Positions 47,057 through 64,000 of a stretch of DNA of 64,000 nucleotides are shown here, in pieces (within the stretch, counting starts at the first letter, position 1; every line of letters starts with the position of its first letter). Made by a program: the position numbers and the translations under genes. Origin of the DNA: the human T2T-CHM13v2.0 reference genome, Homo sapiens. Where the stretch lies: the NCBI RefSeq assembly GCF_009914755.1, contig NC_060934.1; one strand, 5' to 3'. Below the pieces are notes generated by a model that saw only the letters and a program-made list of their open reading frames with translations, made no database searches and was not told where the DNA came from.

Positions 47057-48030
47057 AGGCATAACTAATTTTATTGCATTTCACTTTACTGTGCTTTGCA
47101 GATATTGTACTTTTTTAATACAGCGAAGGTTTGTGGCAACACTGTGTTAAGTGTATTTATGCCATTTTTCCAACAGCATGTGCTTGCTTCATGTCTCTGT
47201 GTCACATTTTGGTAACTTTTGCAATATTTCAAATCCTTTCATTGTTATGAAGTCTATTATGGTGATCTATGATCAGTGATCTTTGATGTTACTATTGTGT
47301 CACAAACTGTGTCCACATAAGACTGCCAGCTTAATCCAGAAATGTGTGTGTTCCAATTGCCTCACTCATTGGTCATTCCCCCATCTCTTTCCCTCTCCTC
47401 AGGCCTCCATATTCCTTAAGACACAAAAATATTGAAATTAGGCCAATTAATAACCCTACGATGGCCTCTAAGTGTTCAAGTGAAAGGAAGAGTCACATCT
47501 CTCTCTTTAAATCAAAAGCTAGAAATGATTAAGCTTAGTGAGGAAGGCATGTGGAAAGCCAAGACAGGCCAAAAGCTACACCTCTTGCACCAAATAGCCA
47601 AGTTGGGAGGGCAAAGGAAAAGTTCTTGAAGGAAATTAAAAGTGCTACTGCAGTGCACACATGAATGATAAGACAACAGAATAGCTTTATTACTAAGAAA
47701 GTTTGAGTGATCTGAATAGCAGACCAAAGCATCCATGGTATTCCCTTAAATCAAAGCCTAATCCAGAGCTTCAATTCTTTGAAGGCTGAGGGAGGCAAGG
47801 AAGCTTCAGAAGAAGAGCTGGAAGCTAACAGAGATTGGTTCATGAGGTTTGAGGAAAAAAGCCATCTCCATAACATGAAATTACAAGAAGAAGCAGCAGG
47901 TTCTGATGCAGAAGGTGCAACAAGTTATTCAGAAAATCTAGCTAAGAAAATTGCTGAAGGTGGCTACACTAAACAATAGGTTTTCCATGGAGATGAAAAC
48001 AGCTTTCTATTGGAAGAAAATACCATCAAC
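47057..48030 (+). mobile_element. Tigger1 DNA transposon, 5' part with broken transposase
   Basis: ATGGCCTCTAAGTGTTCAAGTGAAAGGAAG at 47461 (MASKCSSERKS..LNQKLEMIKLSEEGM), frameshifted and internally deleted. Confidence 0.88.
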
Positions 48031-48392
48031 AAGAAAAGGGAACAACATGAATGAAACCTAACTGAAAGAGGCCAGACTCAACAGCTAATGATTCTATCCA
48101 TTCTAGAGAAGACAAAACTATAGTGACAGATGACAGACACAAACACACACACGCACATGCATACACACATCCCAAAGGCTGCCCTTTTCTCTCTCCTTAT
48201 TTCTCCCCACTTCTCTACTGCCCCGGCTTCCTCCAGGGAGTCCCCACCTCCAAGGGAATAGAGATGAGCTCATGAGGAAGGCTTGCATCGTATCCAGCCA
48301 CCTCACAGAGAAGTCAAGCTTTTGTGGGCTCACCCAAGACTAAATGTCCAACAAGCAAAAGCATTGTTTGACAGGAACATGTCCTGATTAAT

Positions 48393-48415
48393 AAAGAAAG
48401 AAAGAAAGAAAGAAA

Positions 48416-48482
<67 letters not shown>

Positions 48483-48599
48483 GGAGGGAGGGAGGGAGGG
48501 AGGGAGGGAGAGAGAAAGAAAAAGAGAGAAAGAAAGAAAGAAAGAAAAGGAGGGAGGGAGGGAGGGAGAGAGAGAAAGAGAGAAAGAAAGAAAGAAAAA

Positions 48600-48667
<68 letters not shown>

Positions 48668-48673
48668 GAAAAA
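48393..48673 (+). repeat. Compound (GAAA)n/(GGGA)n/(GA)n microsatellite, 281-nt pure purine run
   Basis: No pyrimidine on the + strand between 48393 and 48673. Confidence 0.97.
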
Positions 48674-48896
48674 TATTCAGACCACTTCCCTGGCCTTAAG
48701 TTGAGAAATGTGTTGGGTTCCCTCAGAACATCTTAAAGGGTTGCAAACTGGGCCAATGGTGTAGAAGGGCCAGTAGAGGGCCTGGAGGTCATCCCACTCT
48801 GACTCTGCCTGAGGGGCACAGCACAGCTGAGCATCACCAAGCCCAGGCAAATAATGCAGCTGATGGAGATATGAACTTTCCTTTCTGGTTTCCCAC

Positions 48897-49284
48897 TGCT
48901 GTGGTTTGAATGTGCGTGTGCCCAATGCTCTTGTGTCAGAATCTTAATCTCCAATGCAATGGCATTAGAAGGTGCCTCTAATCACCTTTAAGAGGTAATT
49001 AGCTCATGATGGCTGCCCAATCATGAGTGGATTAATACTATTATCTTGGGATGAGTTAGTCATCTTGGGAGTGGGTTCCTGATAAGAAGGGTGACTTGTT
49101 CTCTCTGTCTTTTGTGCTCATCTCTGCCTTCTGCTTTTCCACCATGGGGTAACCCTCACCAGATGCCGGCACCATGCTCTTGGACTTCCCAGCCTCCAGA
49201 ACCACTAGTCAAATAAACTTATTTTCTTTACAAATTACCCAGCCAGTGGTATTCTGTTACAGTAGCAGAAAATGGACTAAGACA
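48897..49284 (+). mobile_element. MST (MSTC/D-like) solo LTR
   Basis: TGCTGTGGTTTGAATGTG..AAATGGACTAAGACA; TSD CCCAC on both sides. Confidence 0.88.
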
Positions 49285-52089
49285 CCCACTTGCTTCCCTC
49301 ATGTATCCAGCACCCTGGCCCTTTCTCTACACTCACCATATGGAAGCTCTTCTTGGAAAGTCTCATGCAGACTGTTTTATAACAAGCTGCAAAACCTCAT
49401 GAGAGTAAAGAAAACACTTCTTCTAGGACTTGATCTTTATTAGGGAAATAGGCCTTAACCAAGCCAAAGCCTTTCATTTCACAATTGCAGGAATGTTGTT
49501 CAGTCATGGAGGAGGCTTCTTGTGCATCTGAAATAATCAAATAGGTATAACGATGGAGCATACTCCATCTATGCATAAGGAAGTCTCTGCCTGTCTTCTC
49601 CAGCCTGAGCCCCACAGACCTGGCCTTAGTCTCAATGTCTTTCCTGGTACCAAAGACCATCATGAAGCTATAAACACCAAGGGCACTGATGATGGTGGCC
49701 AGGGTCCAACCCATTAAAATGAGCTGAATGTCTTTATGAGTACACTATTTAAAAGAACCTCTCTGTCTGAATAACCCTGTGGAAACCTCCCAGCCTCCTC
49801 AGAAGGCATTAAGTTTTCTAGACCAGAGCATCTGGTTCCAAAAACACATCAGCTTCTGCATGGGGACATACTGGCTTGAATTCTTCCATCCTGGGGTAAA
49901 CTGGAGGCGCCATAAAATTTTCTTTCCTGGGGTTGTGTTTTAGCGCTCTGCCAGAGAGCTGCAACAGGACTGTCACCATCATCATGCTGATCAGCAGCTC
50001 AGCTCAACACAGAGGTTGAGGAAGAAATGGCCTGAATATCACTGCCCAATTTAAGTTGATTAGTGGTTCCTGAGGCCTTCAAGATTAAGCACAGACCCTC
50101 ACATCATGACTAAGCCTCCTGTTGGCTCCCTGCCAGCCTCCAGCAGGTGAGCCAACTGCAGCCAACTGCTGCAGCATCCAGCCAGCATGCCATGCCCTAA
50201 ATGCCCTCATCTCTCAGCCTAAAATGCAACCTCCCTTCCTCCAAAACCACGACTCCCTTCTTTCCACTCTGGCCAAAGCCTCCTTATTCCTCAATCACTC
50301 TCACCCTCCAGGATGGCTGCTCCATCCTGTGCCCTCTTAGGGTACAACACACCCAAGTGGGGCCTCATCACTGTGTCCTCCTCTGCACTGCCAGCTCTAA
50401 ACAGTGCCAGGAAGCAGTGTCACAAACCAGCGTCTTTCATCTGTGTCCTCAGATGAAAGGGCCTCTTCATCAAAAAGGTCTTTAAAAATAGGTCAGACTC
50501 TCCCTTGCCTACAAAGATGTATGTGCACCCCCTGGAAGGCAGGGAGATGGCTAAGATGACTTGCTAGGGTTGAACTTAACCCATATCAAGCCACAGGGAG
50601 CAGGTCATCTGTCATGACCTGGCTTGGAGGAACAAGGAGCCTTTCTCCAATCTTGGGTCTATGAAGACCCAGAAGGGAGAATCCCAAGACACATCCTCTT
50701 CCCTCAGATTCTGATTTAGCATCATGGCCCCGGGCACTTCATTGTGTTTGTAAAATGTTCAAGGGTGACATCCCCATCAGCTGGCCCCAGTGCTTGTTTT
50801 TGTCAGAGGCTCTGTAAGAGCTCCGGTATCTCTGCCATCAGGCACATGGCAAAAAAGGTCTGCTGGGGATTTTAAATAAAATCACCTGATGAGTCATCAG
50901 TCACAGCTTAGGCTTGTGGCAGGGGCTTCACTTGTGCTTCAGAGGGTTTCCAGCTCATTATGGATGACCCGCAATGAAGGAGGACTTTAGAACATCTGTG
51001 TTTGGGCCAGCCCTGCCCAGAATCACCATGATGGGGAATCTAAACAAAGCCCTGAAGACTTTCCAGCCAGGATGGGGCTCAGGAGAACTAGCGTCTGCTG
51101 ATAACACCCCTGTCCAAGCCACTGGAGCTTCAAGACTTACAGTGTCCCCAGCAGTCCCATCCACTAGGATGGCCAAGGCTGAACTGAGGTTTGATGCATG
51201 AAACTTAACTGACACCAGAGGTTGGGGCCAGTCGAAGGAGGAAAGAATGAGGAGCCATTGGGATTTGAAACACCAAGGAAGGCATGGAGTCAGCTGTGGC
51301 CTTCACAAAACCACTTAACCTCCCCAGATCTTGGTGTCTTTGTCTGTGGTCTCAGTGGGATGGATGACCATATTTATGATGAAATGAGAAAACATATAGG
51401 AAAGCAACTATGTAGCATGACAGAAACATAAACTACTTTCTGAGGTCCCTTCCAATCCCAAACCATATGTTTCTGTGAACTCCAGAGGCAGAGGGGCCAG
51501 CGACTTGGTGACTTGGCAGAACGGGTGTGGGCTGAGCACAGGCTGGGGCAGTATAGGGTAGGAAAGAGGTGGATGGGGACAAGTAGTCTTCCCAAGGACA
51601 CAAGCACACAGAGCTGATGTGGTCACATGAATTGCACACCATAGAGAAATTCAAGCACATTGCAAAAATGACATGTGTGGTCCTTAGTATCTGAGACACC
51701 TCTTCTGGAAGCTGGGCTCCTTCACTCCTAAAATCTGAATCTATAATGGGCCTTTCCAGTGCAGCAAACTGCAGAAATCCCAGAGACCAACACATTCAGT
51801 GGGCCAGAGGTGCAGAGGACTGCAAGGTCACCAGGGTTTCATGAAAGTGCATCTAGGCTCATGGTGCACAAACATGTTGGACACTTGGCTTTGTTCATCT
51901 CTCACAGCAAGACAATCACAAAGGGAACCTTCCAGAATCCCTGGCACAGAGGGGAAGCAGCTGTATGGAGAGCTGGAGGGCAGCGAAACCGAGAGAGAGA
52001 GCCACTGAGGAGGCCACGGCCATGGTCTGATGGTTGGGAAGAGTGGCACGGCCATCGATCACTCCAGTCAGGCTGTTCTTCTAGGGAGC

Positions 52090-52446
52090 TGATATGGTTT
52101 GGTTGTGTCCCCATCCAAATCTCAACTTGAACTGTAGCTCCCATAATTCCCATGTGTTGTGGGAGAGACCCAGTGGGAGATAATTAAACATGGGGGTGAT
52201 TCTTGTGGTAGTGAATAAGTCTCAGGAGTTCTGATGTTCTTATAAGGGGTTTCCCTTTTCTTTTGGCTCTCAATCTCTCTTGACTGCTGCCATGTAAGAC
52301 ATCCCTTTGCTCTTCCTTCATCTTTCGCCATGATTGTGAGGCCTCCCCAGCCATGTGGAACCGTGAGTCCATTAAACCTCTTTCCTTTAATGAATTACCC
52401 AGTCTTGGGTATGTCTTTATTAGCAGCGTGAGAATGGACTAATTCA
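52090..52446 (+). mobile_element. THE1 solo LTR
   Basis: TGATATGGTTTGGTTGTGTCCCCATCCAAATCTC..GGACTAATTCA; TSD GGAGC on both sides. Confidence 0.92.
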
Positions 52447-52705
52447 GGAGCCCAATCCAGGCAAACGCTGCTGGTCCCGAGGGAGGCCCCAGCATCCACT
52501 ATAGCTATGCCCCCAGTGAAAAGAAAAGTCAGTGAGCTCTTTCAGGCAGAGATGGGAAAGACTTCTGAGAGGGCTGGAGGCCAAGGGCAGGGTTGAGCAA
52601 GGGAAGGAAGTGAGGGTGTGGATGCCTGCCTGTATCCTACAGCCAGCGCTGAGGGCTGCAAGGCCCAGAAAGTTCTTAGCCCACTGGAGAGAGGCTGTCC
52701 CTCTT

Positions 52706-53658
<953 letters not shown>

Positions 53659-55989
53659 CTTTTTATTGGTATGTGCCTCTCCCCTTGTAAGTCTTTGAAA
53701 GAGTTGACTGAGTGTGTCAGATTTTGACCTTTCACAGAGAGCTTCCTAAGTTTGGTGTATGTCTCAAACCCACCTCTTGAAAATAATTGTGTGGGCGTTT
53801 TTGTTGTTGTTGTTCTCTGACTCTTTTTCCAGCCCTGACCCTGAGGGCTGTCTACTTTCACAGAGCCACTGGAGGACAGTGACTAAAAGGGGAACTAGGC
53901 TGCCTGGGTTTTTTTTCTTCGTTTCTCTCAAGTCATTTCCCCTCTGGGGTAAGCCCAGAAAGATGAATGGCTGTTGCTGGTTTGTGAGTGGCGACTGCCA
54001 GGGACCCTCATCTGTCTGCCTCCCTCACTCAGTTCTTAGATTTATCTGGAAAAAGCTCTTTCCCGTCTGTCCGTGGAATGATTACATAAATGCAGTATTT
54101 CATCTACATCAGCTCTTAGAGGCTTGACGTGAGATTGACTTTAATGCTGAAGGAAGAGAACACAACCTAGTTAGGGGACCAGGAACATCTCAAAAATGCC
54201 CGTCCATTCCCGTTCCAGCTGCACCACGATGACATTTACACAAAATGGCATAAGATAATCACATTTTTTGAGCACCCTCATTCGCCAGCTGTGTGCCCCG
54301 GAATGAAATTAGCTCAATTTAATTACAGATAACAAATGGCTGTGCCCATCTCCTTGGCGTGCAGCAATCCCAAGAGTTCACCATGGGCACCCCTCATCTC
54401 CACTCATCCCTGAGAGAGCATTCTGTGGAGCCCAACATCTCCCTCAGGGCCACCCCCAAAAGGGAGGGAGCTGCGATCCAGGCTTCCTCTACTGTTTGTT
54501 TATCTTGGCAACTATTGCTAGGGCTGGTGGATTTAAATTGCTGGAGCAGAGCAGGCAGGACAGAAATAAAGAGCCCCAGAGAGCATCTAGGGTTCAGGGC
54601 TCCCACCCACTGCCCCAGAGTACACTGGCCTTCCCTGGGTGCAGCCTTCCCTGCTCCTGTCACCTGGTATAACCTATAGCTTCCTTGTACAGCATGACTC
54701 AGCCCTGAGAAGCCATGGGACAAACATGCAGCCACTGCCCCAGGGGCTGAGGCAATGCCACTCAGGTCCTCCTGCCTGAGCTGCAGTCACCTTTGGGTCC
54801 CCTACCACAAAAGGCAGTGGGTTCCTGGGTGCAGTCATTCCTGGCCCATGGCCTCTCTGTGAGCCCAGGGTCTCTCTGCATTTGCCCAGTAAAATTTATC
54901 TAGCACTGTCTCTGAGCCACGCCCTGCATAGGTGCTGGGGATTCAGTAACTAAGTGAACACAGTCGCTGCCCCTCAGGGGGCTCATAATCTGATTATCCA
55001 AAAGGACAAGCTAGCTGCTGCTCTTGCCCTAGAACAGTCCAGGGCTATCCTGGAGGATTTTGTTTCCTTTTCTAAATTCAGAAATATCCTGGGATGCAAC
55101 AGCTTTCTGAGTTGCCGGGCAAAACATCCAACAGCTTTTGGCCTCTGTCTCCACCCTGAAGAGCATGAAGTCAGCATTTCCCCAAATGTGAGCAAAACAG
55201 CAGCTAAATATAAGCTCCTGAGTAACAAGGGGGAGGTGGATAGGAATGAGGTGTCCCCTCGCAGGAAGAGCCACTTGCTGATAAAAAGGTGAGATGCAGG
55301 GCCTGTGCTGGGGCTCGCTCGCTCCCTGTCCTGGCTCTGCAGGGTGGGTTGCGCTCACCTCCACACCCAGGCTGCAAAAAGCTGAGAACCTTCCCAGTCA
55401 CCATAGTGACAGAGCCAACAGATCCAAGTGAGGAAGGCAGCTTCCTAAATTGGAGTTATTCCGAGTTAATAACTGATTTGTCTGTGGACAACGACAGCAG
55501 TTATTTCACTGAAAGACACGAGATGCCCAGAATCTTTAGAGCTGTAAGAAAATGCCCTTCTCTCTCCAACTGTGTGGGTTATTTTCTCTGTTCGCTGTCG
55601 GTAAAATTGCTTGGGCAATGGTCAGCTTACTGCCCCAGATGCAATTGTATGCATGTGGTGGGAAGAGAGGGTTTGTGGGGGATGGGTAGTGGCGGTGCAT
55701 CCTTCCAGGAGGTGGAAACCTGGGCAGTGGAATATTCCACCCCACGCCAATACCCCAACATCAAAACACGACGCCATGCAAAGAACTAGCCAGCCTGCCC
55801 CAGTGTCCTCTCCTTTGCTTGCTGGGAGAGTCGGGGAACAAGCCCCCCGCCCCCGACCTTCCCACACAGCTCCCGCATCCCACAGGTGGGGATGAGCCCT
55901 GTGTTGATGTGAAGGAGCAACAGAACACGCCCAGCAGTGGAGGGGAAGCCAGGATGGGGAGCCAGTCAGTTCCAAGCTCATTGCTCAAA

Positions 55990-56250
55990 CCTGCCGTCAT
56001 TCATTGGCTGGAGGGTTTCAGTTCTCCACCCCTAATCAAAGCAGAGATAAGGCTGGGGCGGGGGGCGGGAATAACACGGTCAGGAAATGCCCACTCCCTC
56101 CCTGCCTTGACCAGCTGGGAGGTGCTTAATCTTTATCACCAGAAGCTGCCCGTCTGCTGGGCATGCCCAACAAGCTGAGAAGACCGAGGAGGAAGAGGAG
56201 GAGCAGGATGGAGCCTCCCTGACTTCCTGCCGCCACACCCCCAGCTGTGG
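55990..56250. promoter_or_regulatory. Candidate promoter/enhancer motif cluster (CCAAT, CACCC, GATA, GC boxes, ETS, E-box)
   Basis: ATTGG 56003, CCACCCC 56026, AGATAA 56045, GGGGCGGGGGGCGGG 56055-56069, CAGGAAAT 56081, CAGCTG 56112 and 56242, TTATCA 56133, ACTTCCTG 56222, CCACACCC 56233, in repeat-free GC-rich DNA. Confidence 0.5.
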
Positions 56251-57380
56251 CCTCCTGCTCCTGCAGACCTCACCCCTGTGAGGCCACTCTGCTCTATCCC
56301 TGCCCCCACCTGTGCACAGCCACACACGACAAGCCTGTGTGACCACCCTGTCACCTTCCCCAGGCTGCAAACTGGAAAAAGCAGAGGCCAACCCAAGCTA
56401 AAAAGCCCGCTGATGCCGGCCAGTTGCAAGACCGCCAGCGATGGCATTGGGAATGGGGGTCCGAGGCTCCAGACTCTGCCCCAACGTTCCCCAGTGAACT
56501 TGGGAGAGGCCTGCAGCAACCTGAGCCTCGGTTTCCCTGCCTGAACAATGGGGAGCTGTGCATTTAGGCATGGATGAAAGGTTCTGTGAGTCAGGGTGGG
56601 AGGCGCTGTTCCTTCTGCTCATGGGGCTGTGGCCAGGTGCTGCCTCCCCAAATCCTGGCCCCTTGCTGGGCTGTGATGAGTTGAGTTCATGTCCATTCTC
56701 TTCACCGCAATTAATCTTCATTCCAGCCTTCCCCTAGGGCAGGCCTGGCCCATGAAACAGGCACTGTGATTTTATCTGCTGCTTAGGCAGCGAAGAGAAA
56801 GATGCCGTCATTGTTTCCCTCTCTGAAGCAGAGGATAAAGCACTTTCTGGGCTGCTAAACCAAGAAAAGTGTTCCTGGAAATCTTGACGTCTTCCTTGCA
56901 CCCCTCCTTCACCTTTCTCTCCTTCCTTCCAACAGCAAAGGATTGCTGCCAAATGGCCATAGTCATTCACATTATGTCTGGTGACACTCTTTTCAGAAAG
57001 TTACCACGTGGCGTCTGCTACTGAAACTGTACATAACTTTTGGTTTAGTGTCCTGCCGAAATAAATAGCTAAGGCTATGTGTACTAGGTTGTTTATGGCA
57101 ACGTTTTTTACAGTGACAAAAAAGGGGATACCTCATATATTCAATTAGGGAATGGTAAATGAAAATATTATAAAATCTATGCTGTACTGTGAGATATTAT
57201 GTAGTTATTAAAAAGAACAGGTTAAAGCCAATTAGTTACCAATAAACAGGTTCATTAGGTATTAGAAACAAGCAAAACCTCCAACAGCTTTTGGATGAGT
57301 GGCTGAATTGCAGGTGTGCACCACCATGCCTGGTGCAGGGTGTATAGAATGATTTCATTTCTGTAAAAAAAGGAATTTAA

Positions 57381-57705
<325 letters not shown>

Positions 57706-57884
57706 AAGTTTGTGTATTTTTGAATGACTCTAAAGAAAGGCAAAGAATACACCTTGAGCTGTATTATTAGTTCCCTCACAGGCCGTAGGATTTTTCCTTA
57801 TATATCTTCATATTGCTTGATGTTGTAAGCATTTTGAAATGTAAAAAATCACTATAGCAGAAAATTTTAATGTAAAATATGTTT

Positions 57885-58333
57885 CAGAAGCTGACTGCTA
57901 TCCCCTTGATCGTCACTCATACTTTCTTGCATAATAGATCTCTCGATATTAGGCTAGGTTTGTGATTACATTTCTTGACCACCTCTGTGGCCAGGTGACT
58001 TTGCCGACCAATGTAATGTCGGGGAAGGGTTGTGTATAACATCTGGGATGAGATCCACTAAAGGAAGGGTCGTGCCTCACCTTTTGCTTTCTCCCTCCTG
58101 CCTGGGGGACGTGGATGTGATGGCTGGAGTCCCCTAAGCCATGAAATTCAGAACTACCTCCCAGGAATAGCCAAGCAGGTGGCCTGGAGAGCCCGGTTTG
58201 GGGATTAACGCAGAGCCATCCTGCCACCTTCATTTAGCCTTTTACAGTAGAAGGAAAGAGATGTTGATCCTGTTTCAGCCGCTGTTACTTGGGATTTCTA
58301 TTACACACAGCCAAATAAGTCCTACCTAATATA
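57885..58333 (+). mobile_element. Old MLT1-type MaLR LTR
   Basis: GGCCAGGTGACTTTGCCGACCAATGTAATG and 3' end TTACACACAGCCAAATAAGTCCTACCTAATATA resemble MLT1 LTRs. Confidence 0.55.
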
Positions 58334-58704
58334 AGAAACAGAAAAATTAGAGTCCTTCCTAGCCATCGAAGAATCTGTGGTGATGCTACACCCAGGGACA
58401 GATGGGAACTCATCCAGGAACTTGAAATATTGGAGGGGAAAAAAGATGCGTTCTATAAGCGAAAAGAACGCTTGAAGCCCAGGGCTCCTGAGAACTCCAC
58501 TACAGGATGCAGAGTGAGAGGGTGGCAGACCCAGCTTTGGATGGTGGACTTCTGACTCCTGGGCTAGTACATGGCCCTGAGCTTTGCTGTCTTCAGTCCC
58601 AGCTTGTGGCCCCCTGAAATAGGGAACTGGTGACCTCAGGCCTGCATGGGGCCACGGAGTGACCCGCCTGATAAACAGTTCTGGGCATGAACAGCTGCTG
58701 TTCT

Positions 58705-59572
58705 TGTGGCCGGAACTGGTTCCTTCCAGTGAGTTCTTAGTCTGGCTGACTTCAAGAATAAAGCCGCAGACCCTCGCAGTGAGTGTTACAGTTCTTAAAG
58801 ATGGTGTGTCCGGAGTTTGTTCCTTCCAATGTTCAGATGTGTCCGGTTTCTTCCTTCTGGCGGGTTCGTGGTCTTGCTGACTTCAGGAGTGAAGCCACAA
58901 ACCTTCGCAGTGAGTGTTACAGCTCTTAAAGGTGGCATGCCCGGAGTTGTTCATTCCTCCGGTGGGTTCGTGGTTTTGCTAACTTCAGGAGCGAAGCTGC
59001 AGACCTTCAAGGTGAGTGTTACAGCTCATAAAGGTAGTGTGGACCCACAGTGAGCAGCAGCAAGATTTATTGTGAAGAGCGAAAGAACAAACCTCCCACA
59101 GCATGGAAACACACCGGAGCGGATTGCCACTGCTGGCTCCGGTGGCCAGCTTTTATTCCCTTATTTGGCCCCGCCCACATGCTGCTGATTGGTCCATTTT
59201 GCAGAGTGCTGATTGGTCAGTTTTTACAGTGCTGATTGCTGCATTTACAAACCTTTAGCTAGACACAGAGCGCTGATTGGTGCATTTTTTACAGAGTGCT
59301 GATTGGTGCATTTACAAACCTTTAGCTAGACACAGCGCGCTGATTGGTGCACTTACAATCCTTTAGCTAGACAGAAAAGTTTTCCAGGTCCCCACCTGAT
59401 TAGCTAGACACAGAGCGCTGATTGGTGTGTTTTTACAGAGTGCTGATTGGTGTGTTTACAAGCCTTTAGCTAGACACAGAGCGCTGATTGGGGCATTTAC
59501 AATCCTTTCGCTAGGCAGAAAAGTTCTTCAAGTCCCCACCCTACCAAGAAGCCCAGCTGGCTTCACCTCTTA
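58705..59572 (-). mobile_element. LTR12-family (ERV9) solo LTR
   Basis: Repeated GTGAGTGTTACAG(C/T)TCTTAAAG units; tandem GCTGATTGG repeats; minus strand starts (TA)AGAGGTGAAGCCAGCTGGGCTTC; flanks TTCT/TTCC. Confidence 0.93.
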
Positions 59573-60378
59573 TTCCCACAGTGCAAGTCCAGATTGGGCC
59601 GAGTCCAGATTGGGCGGAGGGACCTGCACAACGCCTGCAGCCCTTTCTGCCCCTCCCTTCCCTGTAACCAGTTCCACGCCTTAACCTCTGTGGTGAGCCT
59701 TACTGGAAAGAAAGGCAGTGTCTGGGGTGGGTTTTGGCCAAAACCGAGTTTTGTCTTTCCTACGTTAAGCCCCTAGGCTGCGGTTCAACCCTATTATCTA
59801 CAAGGTACAGACTCTCTTGCAGGGAAAGGTGCTGACTTGGATGCTGGAGGGAATAGTGCTCCCTCCCTGAGAGCAACAGTTTAGGGCACCCTCCATTGTC
59901 TCCATAATTCCTGGAGTGACAGTGGAGGAAGGAAGAGGAAGCATGATCATCAGACAAAGGCCAGAACCCAGAATCTCATGTCCTTGCCTCACCTCCTAAC
60001 TGAAGCTGCCAACATTTTCTGACTGACTTGGGTTTTGTGTTGAACTTGCAAATTCAAATTTGAGAGAATCTGATTGGCCCAACGCCATTTGGTACCCCCA
60101 AGGTCCTATGTCCACCCCACGTGGACTCTGGGGCGTGGACTCCAGAACTGTTCTTTGAGGACTTTCCAAGGTAGGAAAGACAATTCCACCCAGGCAGGAA
60201 GCCCAATGGAGCCTGAAGCCCGGGATAGGGGAGCTCCCTACCCCCTTCATTCAGACAAAGAAAGATAAGGGGGTGTTGAGAGTCACAAACATGCCCTGTC
60301 CTCTTCTGTTACCTCCAGCAGTTTCATGGAGGGTACTTGGACCTGCCACCCTTTGAGAATAGAGTAACAGTTCTATAG

Positions 60379-60714
<336 letters not shown>

Positions 60715-61083
60715 TAAACAGAGCTGTGCTATTCACAGTTGCACCATATCTATCTCTCAAAACACAAACTGATACTATCAAGAAGATTATGATCATGGTT
60801 AGTCTATTTCTTTAAAAAAAACTAAAATCTTTATGCTGTCATCTGATATTGGCAATTAATATGCTAATAACAAAGTATGCTTATTTTATTATGAAAGCAA
60901 GTCTAACAAGAATCACTAACCATTGGATCTTCTTTTATTAATAATAGCTTGAAGCTATTAAGACATAATTTATTTTGTTATACATTTTATTTGGCTTTAT
61001 CACATTTGAAACTGGCCTCTTTTCCTTCCTGCCTCTCCCTCTCCCAGTTAATCCAGGTTACTGGGATTAAGAGTGTCCCTTCC

Positions 61084-61392
<309 letters not shown>

Positions 61393-61681
61393 GAGTGTCC
61401 CTTCCTAGGATCATCCCTAGAAATTTCATTGAAAAACTGGGGCCTGAGTGTACCTGTAGGTGGGAAGAGGGAAACAAATCTAGATTTTTATCACATCCCA
61501 TTCTACAGGCAGCTGCCATGCTGAGCTTCACCCATCAATACAGTTTGCCTTTCTGTGTGTTTGTACACTTGAATTTTACACAGGGCAGCTCATGACAAGA
61601 AAGCAAACACGGGCCAGGGGTCTGGGATCCAAGGTAAAGGCTGGAGGGTACAATCAGACTCTGTAAGGAAAGACTCCTTAA

Positions 61682-63930
<2,249 letters not shown>

Positions 63931-64000
63931 TGCTGGGGTCTTGTCTTCTTTCTTTGACTCGCTCCCTCCTTCCCCTCTCCTCCTTCCCTCTCAACTCCTT

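Noticed and set aside
47344-47979. Possible domesticated Tigger (TIGD-like) gene
   Set aside because: Frameshifted, internally deleted and 3'-truncated Tigger1 copy
55289-55789. 166-aa ORF and the many overlapping ORFs at 50-57 kb
   Set aside because: No recognisable domain; ORFs on both strands and several frames are expected in GC-richer non-coding DNA; no exon structure evident
56159-56178. p53 response element GGGCATGCCC..AACAAGCT
   Set aside because: Only one perfect half-site; the second is out of register
59180-59520. Regularly spaced repeats superficially like a CRISPR array
   Set aside because: They are the known CCAAT-containing tandem units of LTR12; spacers are not unique and the DNA is eukaryotic

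Overview
Primate (very likely human) non-coding genomic DNA, about two-thirds interspersed repeats; I found no credible protein-coding exon. The first ~1.56 kb looks like the AT-rich end of a 3' UTR on the + strand with several poly(A) signals (gene not identified). It is followed by nested L1, LTR (MER4, MER21, LTR33, MST, THE1, LTR12), Tigger and Alu fossils, then a GC-richer, motif-dense, probably regulatory interval at ~49.5-57 kb. The standout is a 114-nt insertion at 22820-22933: a circularly permuted, longer-than-unit-length retrocopy of vault RNA 2-1 (nc886). The mature 3' end (GACCCTTTT) is joined directly to the mature 5' end (GGGT..), the period is 101 nt with 13 nt terminal redundancy, there is no poly(A) tail, and it is flanked by a target-site duplication (TSD). 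This is the footprint expected if a circular or end-ligated vault RNA was reverse transcribed in the germ line. Also notable are a tailless 5S rRNA 5'-half retrocopy, three locally templated insertions of different ages (one inverted, one 100% identical to its donor) and a possible ancient L1 3' transduction. Repeat subfamily names and reference RNA sequences come from memory of the consensus, not from a database search.
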